Part shown: positions 1 to 11,857 of the stretch, piece by piece
Position numbering within the stretch: position 1 is the first letter of the stretch
How the letters are laid out: each line of letters begins with the position of its first letter
Assembly: GCA_038496445.1 (NCBI GenBank)
Contig: JALMLS010000216.1
Span: forward strand, 1 to 64,000
Origin: Trichosphaerium sp. ATCC 40318
Lineage: Eukaryota > Protista > Tubulinea
Direction of reading: 5' to 3'
DNA length: 64,000 bases
Notes under the pieces: generated by a model
The model's input: only the letters and a program-made list of their open reading frames with translations
Databases searched by the model: none
Told to the model about the DNA's origin: nothing
Made by a program: the position numbers and the translations under genes

Positions 1-54
1 TAAGGAAAAGTAAAAAACCAGAAAAACAAAAAAAAGGTTCGTCGTTCGAGGTTT

Positions 55-2300
55 TTTTACGACAGGAAAATCTAGTGTTCGAACGCGACCGCGAGCTAGC
101 GGTCGGTCAACCGACACGTAAAATACGTGTTCGAAAATATTCGCGAACATACGCCAACTCTGTCAAAAGACAGTGTGCTCCATCTCCAACTCCAAAGCCA
201 ACAATAGGGTCTGTATTGTATTCATCACACCAAACAATAGGCATAGGACAAAGCACAAACCTTTTGGTGAAGGTTTCATAAATAAGCATCTTTTGTATAA
301 TGTTCCTGGGGTTGACTCCTCTGACATTCAAAAACAAGCTATGTGTGACATGTCCAAGGGGCCTTTGTAAAATGAGGGCTTCTTCACTCTCAGATACTTC
401 TTGTTGATAGAGTTGGCAGCAATCCCTCTTAGCAAACCCTTTTGTATTGATGGCTTTATGATGCAGCCATTCAATTTATTGGTGCCTGTCTTCATGTAGC
501 TACATAAAAGTTAAAAATAAAAAAAAAAAAAATAAAAAAACAAAAAACGACGACGTTCGTTTTCGAACACATTGAACGCGTGTTAAAAAATATCGCGAAA
601 ATTGTTACTTACTCCACAAAGAGATGGAAATCTGAATCATTGCCAAAGCTCAAGGAATCTCTAAAATGGACCAAAAGAAGGGCAATGTAGTACCAAGAAT
701 CTGTGACATGAAGTCCCATGGCTGTGTAGAATATGCCAGTCCAGAGTAGCACCTGCCAATACAACTGTCTCCACTTGCAGCTTATAATCCATCTATTTTT
801 TTCTTTCTCCTCTACCTCCGATTCCTCATCTCCGTGTTCTCTCAGCATGGGTTCGTGCTCCTTGTAATCTCTGGTGTAGTTGCCTTCGAAGTGCATCGGC
901 TTCCACCACTTTTCTTCATCCGAGGAGTAGATTTTTCTGACGTCTTTGATAAACTTCTGCAGTTGGTCTACTCCTTCAACAAATGGAAATCTCTCCTAAA
1001 GAAACAAATTAATTTAAAAAAAAAACAAAAAAAAAACCCCAAAAAGCCAACGATTTTACAACAGGATATTTAAGTGTTCGTACACGACCGCGAGCTCGCG
1101 GTCACACGTTCGACACATGAAAACTGTGTTATGAATACTTTAGGGAAAAAAATCAAAAAAATAATCAAAAAAAAAAAAATCAGAAAAAAAAAAAAAAACA
1201 AAAAAAAAAAAAAAAAACAAAATAAAACGAACACGGCCCGCGCGTGTATGTATCGGAAAACGTACCTTGAATGCTGCCTTCAGCTTGTTGTTAGGAGTTA
1301 TTTGAGACTCCAACACATTATCAAAGCTGGCAGCAAAAAACCCATTTAGGCATCTCTTCATCCTCTTGATGGGCATGGTTTTAGCATAAACCAACTGGTT
1401 GGCTATGATAACACCTCTACATAGATAAATTAGTTGAAATGAATTAAAAATAAAAAAAAAAACAAAAAAAAAAAAAAAAATATAAATGGCAGCTACGTTT
1501 ATGAACATGCGCCGCGCGTGTTGCGTCGAACGCGAACTTTAATGGGTAAAAAAAAAAAAAAAAAAATGGACAAAACAAAAAAAAAAGCAAAAAAAAAAAA
1601 AACAACCAACTTACTCAAAACCAAAGATAACATCTCTGTGTTCTCCAATGAGAGTACCCACAATTTTTGTTTCAGTGTTGTGGTTTCCATGGGTACTCAC
1701 AATCATCCAACCAGGACTTGTTGGAGCTAAAAAGAGTATTAGAAGTGGCACAGCAAATAATTACAACTAACGAAAATACAAACACGGGTTTTTCGTGTTA
1801 AAAATATGACCTCGAGCTCGCGGTCGTTAACGAACACATTAAAAACGTGTTATGTTAAAAAAAACAGCAAGCTTGCAGTCAGTTATAAAGAGACTTTTAA
1901 AAAAAAACGGTTTTTAAAAAAGTACACACTTTTTATGTGTACGAAAACCGACCGCGAGCTCGAGGTCAGGTACGAACACGGTAAACATGTGTTGAATACC
2001 ATATACCGAGCAAGCAGTCAGTTATAAAGCAAGACTTTCAAAAAAAAAAAAACGGTTTTTAAAAAGTACACACTTTTTATGTGTACAAAAACCGACCGCG
2101 AGCTCGCGGTCATGTACGAACACATAAAAAGCGTGTTTAAAATCGTACAGCGAGCTCGCGGTCTGTAAAAAAAGCAAAACAACAAAAAAAAAATTAAAAA
2201 AAAAGTACACAATTTAATTGTGTACCAAAACCAACCGCCAACTAGCGCGACTTTCGTACACGCGATATACGTGTTCTAATGCCGCGGCGAGCTCGCTGTT
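55..2300. repeat. Dispersed and tandem ~80-140 bp module centred on palindrome GACCGCGAGCTCGCGGTC
   Basis: Perfect copies at 1086-1103 and 2094-2111; one-mismatch copies at 87-104, 1808-1825, 1950-1967; partial copies near 2150 and 2287; tandem duplication of ~140 bp starting at 1875 and 2014. Confidence 0.9.
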
Positions 2301-2722
2301 GAAAATTAAAGCAAAATAAAACAGTGTGAACCAAAACCAAATGAAAAACAACGCACACGCGTTCTGCGTGTTACGAAACCCTCGTTTGGGTTTGGTTCTA
2401 CCATGCAAAAAAACCGCATGGTAACGAAAAAATCGTACACATGAAAACCGTGTACAAAAACCGTCATTTTTTTTCGAAATTTATTTGAAAAATTAGGGGT
2501 TTTGAAAAAACCATTTAAAAGCAAAAAAACCCCCTTTATTAGTCTTTAAAAATTAAAATAAGACTAATAAAGGGGGTTTTAAAAAAAACAAAGAGTAAAA
2601 AAGAGGTTAGTACCTAGTACTCTCTTTCTCCTGAGCCTGGGCTTACCATCAGCTTTTTTGGAGGGCTCATCCTCATCAGAAAACTCAATATTTATAAGAG
2701 AGAGATCTTCATCTGAGCTCAT
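153..2722 (-). CDS. Multi-exon gene of the element, possibly a transposase (weak Kyakuja/KDZ-like resemblance); 3' end outside the window; one frameshift near 475
   Basis: GT-AG exons 2722-2614, 1726-1615, 1416-1266, 995-613, 499-153 splice in frame (MSSDEDLS...PTSPGWMIV...GVIIANQLV...ERFPFVEG...YMKTGTNK). One extra A at ~475-477 would continue to IEWLHHK...PIVGFGVGDGAHCL. Confidence 0.55.
2526..2580. repeat. Perfect 21-bp inverted repeat with 13-nt loop
   Basis: AAAACCCCCTTTATTAGTCTT (2526-2546) and AAGACTAATAAAGGGGGTTTT (2560-2580). Confidence 0.9.
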
Positions 2723-3040
2723 CCTTGATTTATGAAAAGTCAAAAAAGTAAAATGAGGCTTTTTTTCCCCCAATAATCGCGTTGAGAAATAGACAGGAAA
2801 ATTTCGTGTTTCGAAATGTGAATCGGAAATTTCGCCTGTTTAAAAAAAGTAAGAAAAAAATGAGAATTTGACAGTTTGCAAGATTGTTGATGAGGTTCTG
2901 GGTTTGTAAAAAACCCTATCTTGCTGTAACCCTACAGGGAGATTGTATGTGCAAAAAACATAAAAAAAAGCCAAAAAAATCGAAAAAATTTTACAACAGG
3001 GTAGAGTAGTGTACAAAAAAATACGGTTGGTACATACTCC

Positions 3041-3264
3041 TAAACCCTAACCCTCTTAAACCCTAATTGGCTTCTAAAGTTTTATCTTAATTAATATTGT
3101 TGTATACTAAGATTAGGTTTTAGATAATGATTACAATCAGTAACTTAGGGCTAGGGTTAGGTTTATAACCCTAATCTATATTAGGGTTAGGGTATACTGC
3201 CTTTTTAAACTCTAGAATAGCTAGGGTTGAAGCATGCAACCCTAATCGGAATTAGGGTTAGGGG
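3041..3264. repeat. Telomere-like TTAGGG/CCCTAA motifs in alternating orientation
   Basis: taaaccctaaccct, ttagggctagggttagg, aaccctaatctatattagggttaggg, aaccctaatcggaattagggttagggg. Confidence 0.85.
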
Positions 3265-3764
3265 CAGTGTTTATGTATGGCACTTTGTTCAATTACCTTT
3301 TATACTTGGTTTGTAATGCGTTTTATTTATTACTGTACTGAGGTAGCACTGCGCTTCCAAAATGTAGTTTCACTTTGTTTTTTCTATTTAGTAATTTTTT
3401 TTGTTTTAACGCACAGCACTCGACTAGTTTTAGTGTAATAGTGTTATAAAAAATGTAGTAAGTGCTACCCAGTGATTGTACGGTACTACAATGTAACTCG
3501 CTATCAAAACTTGCTATTGCACATTCAGAACGTGTAGCGATCGTGAACAGGCTGTAAACACGTTATTTTTAGCAAACAAAGCAAAATACGCGAGCTACAT
3601 ATTGTTACAGACATAACGAGGTAACACCAAGGGCTTATACACGCGTTGGCGCACTCGCAACAGCCAATAAAACGTGATTATGTCCACCTTGAAACTAAAA
3701 GAAAATCGGCGGAAAATTGTGCGTTTTTGCTTAACTCGTCTAGAAATTGTTAACATAGCAACAA

Positions 3765-5428
3765 ATGGCCAAGGTAGGAAAGGAAGACCCAAGGTACGGC
3801 GACGGCGTTACAAAACAACTTCGCTTTACGTCGCTGTTCCCTCACTTGTTGGTAGGTGGCTTGTAGAAAGCCGACAAGACGGAAAGAACGTTAACCAATG
3901 GCATTGGTACGCTTTTGCTAAACCTTTGCTATTTTTTTTTCTTCACGCTGTTTTATACATTTATACGCGTGCACTTTCACTCCGTTATCCATTGGATGTA
4001 ATGCCGAATCGCGTTGCTGCCTTTTTACGTTTTTTGTGCTTCTCCTCCGTTGAGCGTCAGTATTAAATTACTAAATCGTATCAGGACTGAAAAAAACCTC
4101 TTTCCTCTGGCCAAGAAGGCATTCACCGACCTTTTCAAAGACATGCAAGTTCCACCACTTGCGCCTGCCGACAAACTCGTCATTAAGACGATGGATAGCA
4201 TTGACGGCGATGTTACATTACAAGGACGCAAAGTACGTTTTTATTTTTTGTGAACAAAAATAACATTTTTGCTTTAAAAATTATTAACATTTGACGTGCC
4301 ATGTATTTTACTATACAACGACATTCTTAAGCTTCAAGTAGGGTCGCGCATTTTTCTTACATGACATTACGATCAAACTAAAGTGGGAGGGCGAACGTAA
4401 TGGAATCAAGGCCAAGGGACTAGTTAAAATTATTGACATCATCTCAGATGATGATGACTGGGTGGTACGCCATTATCGTGACATTATATATTGCTTCAAT
4501 ATTTTTTATTGTACACTTGTTTTGCCGAAGCAGAAAAAAAAACAAAAAACAGACCAGTGGAATTAAAACGCATTGGATAGATTCAAATCACATTGGAAAA
4601 GGAGACTAAGGAGGGGAGGGAAATGAAGGAGCACTTGCGTGCCACAAAAAAAGATTTCTTCAAAACAAAGGTTAAAACTGTGATGGACGCTATGAAGGAT
4701 GGTAAAACTTTTTCTTCTTGGTTTTTTTTTTGGTTATCTTGTCAATTATTTCTAAAGAGCTGATATAGAGTGGCTCACACTTGCCAAAGCTGGTCCTGGT
4801 GCTGTGAAAGCTAAATCCATCGCTCCAGAGCCAGTTGCAAAACCTCCAGCTGGGAAGAAGTTCTCGAAAGACTTCAGGACTGTCAATATAAAATTGACAT
4901 TTAATTGCCCTGCAAAAGTGCGTTGATAACTATTTGTCTGAACTTTTATTTGTATCGGTGTCTCTAACAAGCAACTAGATGTTGTATGGTACTTTACTGG
5001 ATAGCCAACGTATGTCTGCTGTGACTGGAAGCCAGGCCATCATAGCCAAGGGTCTCGGAGACTTTTCATTATTTGGTGGAAGCATCACTGGCAAAACTAC
5101 CAAACTTGTAGAGAACAAGTCCATCGAGCAAGATTGGAGATTTAACACCTGGCCAGAAAACCACTTCAGTAAAGTAGTAATAAAACTAGAAGCTGACGGA
5201 GGACGTACTACACTGACACTTGTTCAAGCTGGTACTTTTAGTTTGGTTTTTTTTATTTGCCCCCTCTTTGGGAATTTTATTACTTGATTAGTGCGCATAA
5301 TGAAACGCTTACGCTTGAAAATAGGTGTTCCTTCAGATGATTATGATAGAACACGTTCAGGATGGATGAGGAATTTTTGGCAGCGATTGCGCGCCGCATT
5401 TGGTTGGGGATTTTCTCTCAAAAACTGA
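3765..5428 (+). CDS. AHSA1: Activator of Hsp90 ATPase (Aha1), multi-exon
   Basis: Spliced N-terminus MAKVGKEDPRWLVESRQDGKNVNQWHWTEKN; C-terminal START-like domain FSLFGGSITG...IEQDWRFNTWP...GWMRNFW. Confidence 0.93.
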
Positions 5429-5618
5429 GCCGTACAACCAAACAGCCAATTTGTAAAAGAAGGTCAACACGAAAACAATGGTTTGATTATACTTGATTTT
5501 GCAGCGCGTTTAACTTCAGTTTTTTTTCAACAAAAAAGCTGTTTTCTCTCATTTATTTTCTCTTTGCTTTACATATGTACAAGTTGCCAAAAGGGGTGAA
5601 CCGGCATCGTTGCCGCAG

Positions 5619-7467
5619 TTACTTCAGCTTCCTCAACTTAACAGGCGACACGCCAAGTCTTCGCGCTTTTTTAGGTGAACGGCCAGGCGACATGAGTGGT
5701 GACAGACTGCTTAGAGGCCGCTTTTTAGATTGCCCATCCAGAGCACGTGGCGCTTTGAACGCTTTGCTAAACTTTTTCTTTGGTGTGGTGTATGCATTGA
5801 TTTGTAGCGGTGAGGAACCTAATAGTTTCTTAATTAGCATTGCAAAAAAAAAAAGAAACAGAGGGGTGAAAAAATAAAAAAACTAAATGGACAAGCACTA
5901 GGTTTAAAGGCTTACCCACAGAACCAGCAGAATCGAACAATTCGTATTGTTTTTCTTCGGCTTGTTTGTTTGCTCCATTACGGAATCTGCAAAGGTGATA
6001 AGACTCTGGCAAAGGAGAGGGAAAAAAAAAGTAACAAAACGAAGCGCAAAAATACCTCTTGCGTATTGGCGGTTGGACAGGACTATCGGCGGATAACAAA
6101 TCCATTGACGGAGTGGGCATTAGAGACGCATTGAAAGTCAGTAGACTCGGCGACATTACAGAATTGGGTTGTGTCATCGCCTGAGATTGGCTCTGCCACA
6201 TTTTGGTTACTTTTAAGAAACAGAGGCAAAAGAAAATAGAGCGTTAGCGCACCTCAGGAGATATTTCTTCGCCTTCTTCTTCCTCCACACTATTTTCCAA
6301 ATCGAATGCCTCTGGGGCAATAGGTCGTGCAGGTTTGTTTTCAAGATCTTGTTTTAGCTCACGTATTTTTCTCTTCTTCTCATTTAGAATGACAATAAAC
6401 TACCAATATATAATTGAGCTTAACACCATTTGGTTACTACTTCTTTACAATACCTTTGTGTACAAGTCAGTTTCCAGGCACTGCTTCTCGATAATCAGTG
6501 AATCATACTTTTCTAATGCTTGCTCCCGTTGTTCAGTTAGCATGTTGTTCGCTCGTGTCAGTTCGCGATTGCTGTCCTGGAAGTGTGGTGATGAGTCTTT
6601 ACGCATTTTACATTTTGCTGTAGTGGCGTACTTGTAATGAGCTGAGGTTATCTATCAAAAAATCTAACATAGCGTTACAAAAAAAAAATACATTGCAACA
6701 ACTAGATTAAATACCCAGATATTTTTGTATAACCGAGCGTGGATCATCCGTGATTCGTGTCAATGTGACAGTACCTTGAGTACGCGATAAGTTGGGCGCA
6801 TTGCCTTTAGAACATTCTCACCTTTAAGTTTCATCTGCGCATACAAAAGTCAGCTCTACAAAGTAGACCTTGTGAGGTACAAAAAAAATAAAATACATAC
6901 CATGCCTTCTTCGCCGAGTTTGATATTCCAACTCAACTGTAACAGTAATTAGAAATGTGCCACAAAAAAAAAAATAATGTGACGCGTCACCTTGATTTGA
7001 TCTTTGGTGTCTCCTTGATGAATAGAGTACGTAAATTTTTTCTTCGTTCTGTCCTGTGTTGTAAGACCTTTTTCACGTGAGCATGAATAGACTCGAGCAT
7101 AAAAAACTTTTTTGGTGTACGACAGTAACACCCACCTTGTTTCACTAGCGCAATGTACGCTTCCGTTTCCATCCCTTTTGGTTTAAGCGATTTTTCTATG
7201 TAGTCCGCTTCCGCTGTTTGCACACGTCAGAACGTTCACAGTACATCACGATCGGTGCGTCAAAGGCGTACCTGATCCTCTCCAAACATATTTTCCGTCT
7301 GTGAGGTCTATTTCAAACTCTAATGGGTCATCGTTCCATCTAGTGTAGAAATAAAAGCTTCTGCCGCTTATGTTAAACCGACTGATGAACACCTCGTTGT
7401 TGTGCGCTGCGTCAGTTCTTCCTTGTTGTGACTGACTGTATTGAGAACGGTTGGTGTATTGACTCAT
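5619..7467 (-). CDS. XRCC4: DNA repair protein XRCC4, multi-exon
   Basis: FEIDLTDGKYVWRG head domain; coiled coil with LETDLYTKFIVILNEKKRKIRELK; SQ-rich tail. Confidence 0.85.
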
Positions 7468-7745
7468 TGATGTATTGTTTCTTGGTTTAAATTGGGGCGG
7501 GAAATGATTAAAAACTGTTTAAAAAAATGGCTTCTGAGCGTGGTGTTGTTGACGTTAAACAAAGGTTGAACTATGTAGTAACTTAACAAAGTAAAAAGTA
7601 CAGTGCTTGACGCGAGCAATGTCCGCATTTAAGTGGTACAATTTAAGCATGTGCGCTTCACAAAATTTGAGGAAATATTCATGGCGAATTAAGCTTCTCA
7701 ATACCTATATTGTATCTGGCTGACGTTCATAGCAAAAATAATTTT

Positions 7746-9789
7746 ATGACCACGCGAATCATTAGCGTGTTTACGCTATTTGTGGTGCTGTGCGTAATGT
7801 CCACACGCGCTAGAAAAGGTAGTACGCTTCGAGGTCTCATTTAACGTCTGGTGTAGAATATTTTAAAGCCAAACCGCTTAAAAGAGCTGAAACGCTATGT
7901 TCAGAACAATCTAATTGTTCTGCGTGCACCAGCCAGCCAGGTACCAACTTATCAATATAAATGGGCTGGTTCGCCATCTAATGCTGTACGTAGAACACCA
8001 ATGCAGGTGGTGTCAAGAAAAGGGCGTCTGCCTCGCTACAAAGTACGTCAATAGTACGTGCAGCAATTGTGTGTTCAAGAACCCTCCTGAGTGTCCAAGT
8101 ACGTCAATTACATCAAGTGCAAAGGTTAAAAAAAAAAAAACAGAACCTTGAACGTATTCATCATTTGAATTGTCGTGCAATTTTTCAAACTTTTTTTAAA
8201 ACTATACCGAATACAGTGCAACTCACACGCCACAGCTATCGAGTGTGGCGATCTCAATACATGCGATCAATGCACAAAGCAAGCAACCTGCGGTTGGTGT
8301 ACAGAACGAGGTAAATGTTTAAATGCTTCAATAACGGATCAGTGCGTAATCATCATCTACAGCGCTTGCTAATTCCAAACAGATTACCCTGTGGCCATAA
8401 TGTGACATGCAAGTACTGGAGCTACGGTGACTGTTCAGGTAATACAAGCACAAGGATTCATTCAGCTTGCTAATTTTGCCCAGAGTTCTGTAGATCTTTT
8501 TCAGACTGTGGTAGCTGCCTAAATGAGGGAAGACTGTGCTCATGGTATCTATTTGGCTATTTGTGTGCCTTCTGTTAATTGGACTTTGTTAGGTGTGCAG
8601 GTTTTAATGAGCCGTCTCTGTCGTTCTTTGACAGCAAAAGAGTAAGCTTCTGTGCATTGGGCAAACAAGAAGTAGGATTGAAGTGTTCCGCGTGGCATAA
8701 TGTTACTTGTACCAGTACGTGACATGCTTCTGTGTATACGCCAATTCTGTTCTAGACTGTTTTGTATTTAATTCGAATTGCACCAAGTGCACAACAAAAT
8801 CCAATGGCGAATGCGGGTATTGCAGCAATCCTGCTGTTTGCACAGAAGTACGTTTGCCTTGCCAACAATAACGTACTAACACGAATCCAGGGAGATATAA
8901 AAGGGCCATATGATTCTTCAGGTACGCTCTTGCATACATGTTTGTTCTTAAAGGGTTCATATAGATTGTGCACGTGGTACATGGAGCTATGACATATGTC
9001 CCCTTCCACCTACATTTTCGCCAACAAAGGTTCTTTTTTTTTTTATGCTGTTTTTTTTTTCCCCAAGTAACAACAGGATGTAGGCGCCGACAACAAGTCC
9101 TCCAACTAAAGCGCCCACAAAACCACCCACAAAACCACCTACAAAGGCGCCAACAAAGGCGCCAACAAAACCGCCTACAAAACCACCAACAACAGTAGCG
9201 CCAACTAAGGCACCAACTAGGGCACCAACTAAGGCACCGACTAGGGCACCAACTACAAAGCCCCCTACAACTTTAGCACCAACCAAATCGCCCACTACAG
9301 CATCACCGTCAACATTGCCTCCAACAACAATGCCAACGACAACAGTACCCACAACGGTTTCACCCACAACAGCACCCACAACGCACACTCCAACAAGTGC
9401 ACCAGTAAACCCGGTAGCACCTACATCTAGTCCAACTACAGCAAGTCCAACACTGTCTCCAACAGTGCCAGCGCAATCTCCAAGTGTAGCCCCAATACCT
9501 TCAGCCCCAGGTAAGGCTTTAGTATTTACATCGCAAAAACTAATGCTATCAAGTGGCTCCACAAAGTCCTACACAAGCACCGGTGGCGCCTTCAAGTCGG
9601 AACACAGGCGATGACGGTTTGTTCCACACATTGGAGTAGCCAAGATTAATTTTGTTTTTAGGCATCATCTACAGCTACACTAATGATGCACTGATTGGGT
9701 CAGCAATAGGAATAACTGTCGTTATAATTAGCGCTGTCTTATGGTGGAGACTATCTCGGAAGAGGTTCAGATATCGAGCTATCGGCTAA
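7746..9789 (+). CDS. Type I membrane protein with PSI-like Cys repeats and a Thr/Pro mucin stalk
   Basis: Signal peptide; repeated CxxC...CGWC motifs; PTKA/PTTA repeats; TM helix ALIGSAIGITVVIISAVLWW; short tail. Confidence 0.8.
9080..9500 (+). repeat. Coding 12-bp-period repeats (P-T-K/R-A/P)
   Basis: ccaactaaggca / ccaactagggca / ccaacaaaggcg units. Confidence 0.8.
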
Positions 9790-10016
9790 CCTCGCAATTT
9801 TCAACGAAAAGAAGTCCCAAACTGTAAAAAGTAGCTGGCCAACTTATGCATGTAAATATTTATGCTGACAAGAAAAACTCTTATTGGCAAACCAGTGTAC
9901 TAAAGAGAATGGTCTGTATTTGACACCTTTTTGTAAGAAGTGGTTGTTTTTTTTTTTTCCAATTGTTAGCAGTTACTCATTTTATTTTACATTGTATACA
10001 ATATTTTAATCTCACA

Positions 10017-11627
10017 TTATTTCCTATCAAACACACACAACAAAGTCAAAAGGTTTTCGAGCACACACTTGAGTGCTTTTGTCCACCCTTCTACATTGTA
10101 AGTTTTAGTAAAGACTAATTTTTTGGTGATGAAAAAAAAAACCAACAAAAACAACTAACCAAGACTTGAACTACTGTGATACTTTATGGTGTATTCCTCA
10201 TTTTTGTTTTGCGTATTGACAAGTTTATCCCCTAGAATGAAATGTTACAAACCAAATAAATCTCTTATTTGTTCCAACGTACCAACAATTTTCCAAGGGA
10301 CATACACATCTCGGGTAACACCAGCAAAATTGGCGACATCTGCCATCACCTTTAAGTAATTGGTCATGCCAAGGTCGTATCTAGGTGTGCCAGAGAAAAA
10401 AGAGAAACCAGTAGCGCTCAAGAAACTGCTAGAGGTAGAAAATTCTCCATTAAAATGCCTACAAAAAGTTGCGTTAGTACTGACTGTAATGTGCTTTAAA
10501 ACGTACAAAGGAAATTTATCAATTTCGCTACCACTTGCATCCACTTTTGTGACCCATGACAAGTTTCCAACAGGCAACACTCTGTACCTAATAAAAAAAA
10601 ACCAATTAACCAAAAGAAAAAAAAAACGTGAAGCGTGTATACATAGCACGTGTTGCTTTAGGCCCGAGTTTTGTATGTATTGTAGAAAGTGCTAGCGCTG
10701 CTTCTCCCCAACCAGCATTAATCTCTTCCCAAGGAGGATCTTCCTAAAGCACAACATTAACTGTAACAGTCACATTGCCAAGACATACAGCTGTCCGTTT
10801 ACCAAATCTGAAGCCGTTTATTGTAGCAATGTCGCCACGAACATCAATATCAAATATGTCCCTGTGAGCTTGTCTCTTAGCCAAGTAATTGAGCTCTCGT
10901 TTCGAAGCAACAACTTCAGCCGCAATTGCACCCAACTCTTTCCTCATATGTTCACGTTCAGCTAGGAATCCATTGTAATCTGCCCAGTATCTACCTCAAA
11001 ATTTTTAATAAATATCCAAATCACATGCATTAACACGCTTACACCTGTTGCTCAGCACGTAATGCAGTATACTCTTCCTTTAACGCTTCTTTACTTGACT
11101 TAATACCCGCACCCTGCGCTTCCAGTGCGTGCAGCGTTCGCAGTAGTTGTTCTGTCTCGTCAGAGGGCTAAGTTTATAATCAATTCTTTACATTTTAGGT
11201 TTTTTTTTTCTGTACCGGCAATTCTTCGATGGGCACCTCGTCTAGTAGGGGCTCTTCCGTTTGCAATACTTTGTGAGCGTTTTCTTCGATACCCAACTCG
11301 CGAATTAATTTATTCGTTTCTGTATCAACAGCGCTCTCCAATACGCGTAGACAATCCTTTGATATGCTCTAGAGTAAAAATAATTAGACTTTTAATTACA
11401 ACGCGGCTCTTTACCTTTGTTGTTCTACTATTCACTTGCTCGTTTAACCGCTTGTAGAACCGCGCTTTTTGAGAGATCAACGGTTTTCCATCAGGATCCA
11501 ACCATGACTGTTGTATAATGTTGTGGCTTATATCTTCTTCCTCTTTAGACACAAAAACGAATGAACCCGTAATAAACTCGTCATCTGATACTCGCAACCC
11601 TACAGGGCTCAACGGAGGTTCTGCCAT
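10017..11627 (-). CDS. ATG6: Beclin-1/Atg6-like autophagy protein
   Basis: CIRRALLI Cys region; coiled coil; IATINGFRFGKR...PPWEEINAGWGEAAL; C-terminal WTKALKCVLENL. Confidence 0.85.
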
Positions 11628-11857
11628 TGTAGCGATTACGTAAGGTACAGAATTACACTTTGGGCGTTTTTAGCAAATTAACCAAAAAAGTCCACGTATT
11701 TCCTTCTACACAGCCGAAAGAAAAAAAAGAGCAAAAGGTGCAGCGATCGAACTACAGCTGCGAAATTGCAACAGATCCACCACACCGACCATGTGTACTT
11801 GTTGATGAAAAATTTGCGTTGTTGATTACAAATTTTTGAGTTAATTGTACAATTGTG

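Larger units (their letters stand above)
1..3269 (-). mobile_element. Putative DNA transposon, left part outside the window, with palindromic internal repeats and a telomere-like terminus
   Basis: Composition differs from the host DNA (long A tracts on +, repeated 18-bp palindromes, inverted TTAGGG/CCCTAA blocks at 3041-3264). The - strand reads CACTGCCCCTAACCCTAA from 3269. The other end and TSD are not visible. Confidence 0.55.

Noticed and set aside
55-2300. CRISPR array suggested by recurring palindromes
   Set aside because: Eukaryotic context, irregular spacing, related low-complexity intervening sequence and no cas genes.
1074-2524. Poly-Lys and poly-Phe ORFs in the track
   Set aside because: Translations of A/T homopolymer tracts, mostly within introns.
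3041-3264. True telomere or telomerase RNA template
   Set aside because: Short blocks in mixed orientation at an internal position; no supporting RNA structure seen.
3907-4084. Long (178-nt) AHSA1 intron as a snoRNA carrier
   Set aside because: No convincing C/D or H/ACA boxes found by eye.
8987-9562. 191-aa Gly/Val/Ala-rich ORF on the - strand (likewise 55258-55440)
   Set aside because: Antisense shadow of Pro/Thr repeat coding sequence.
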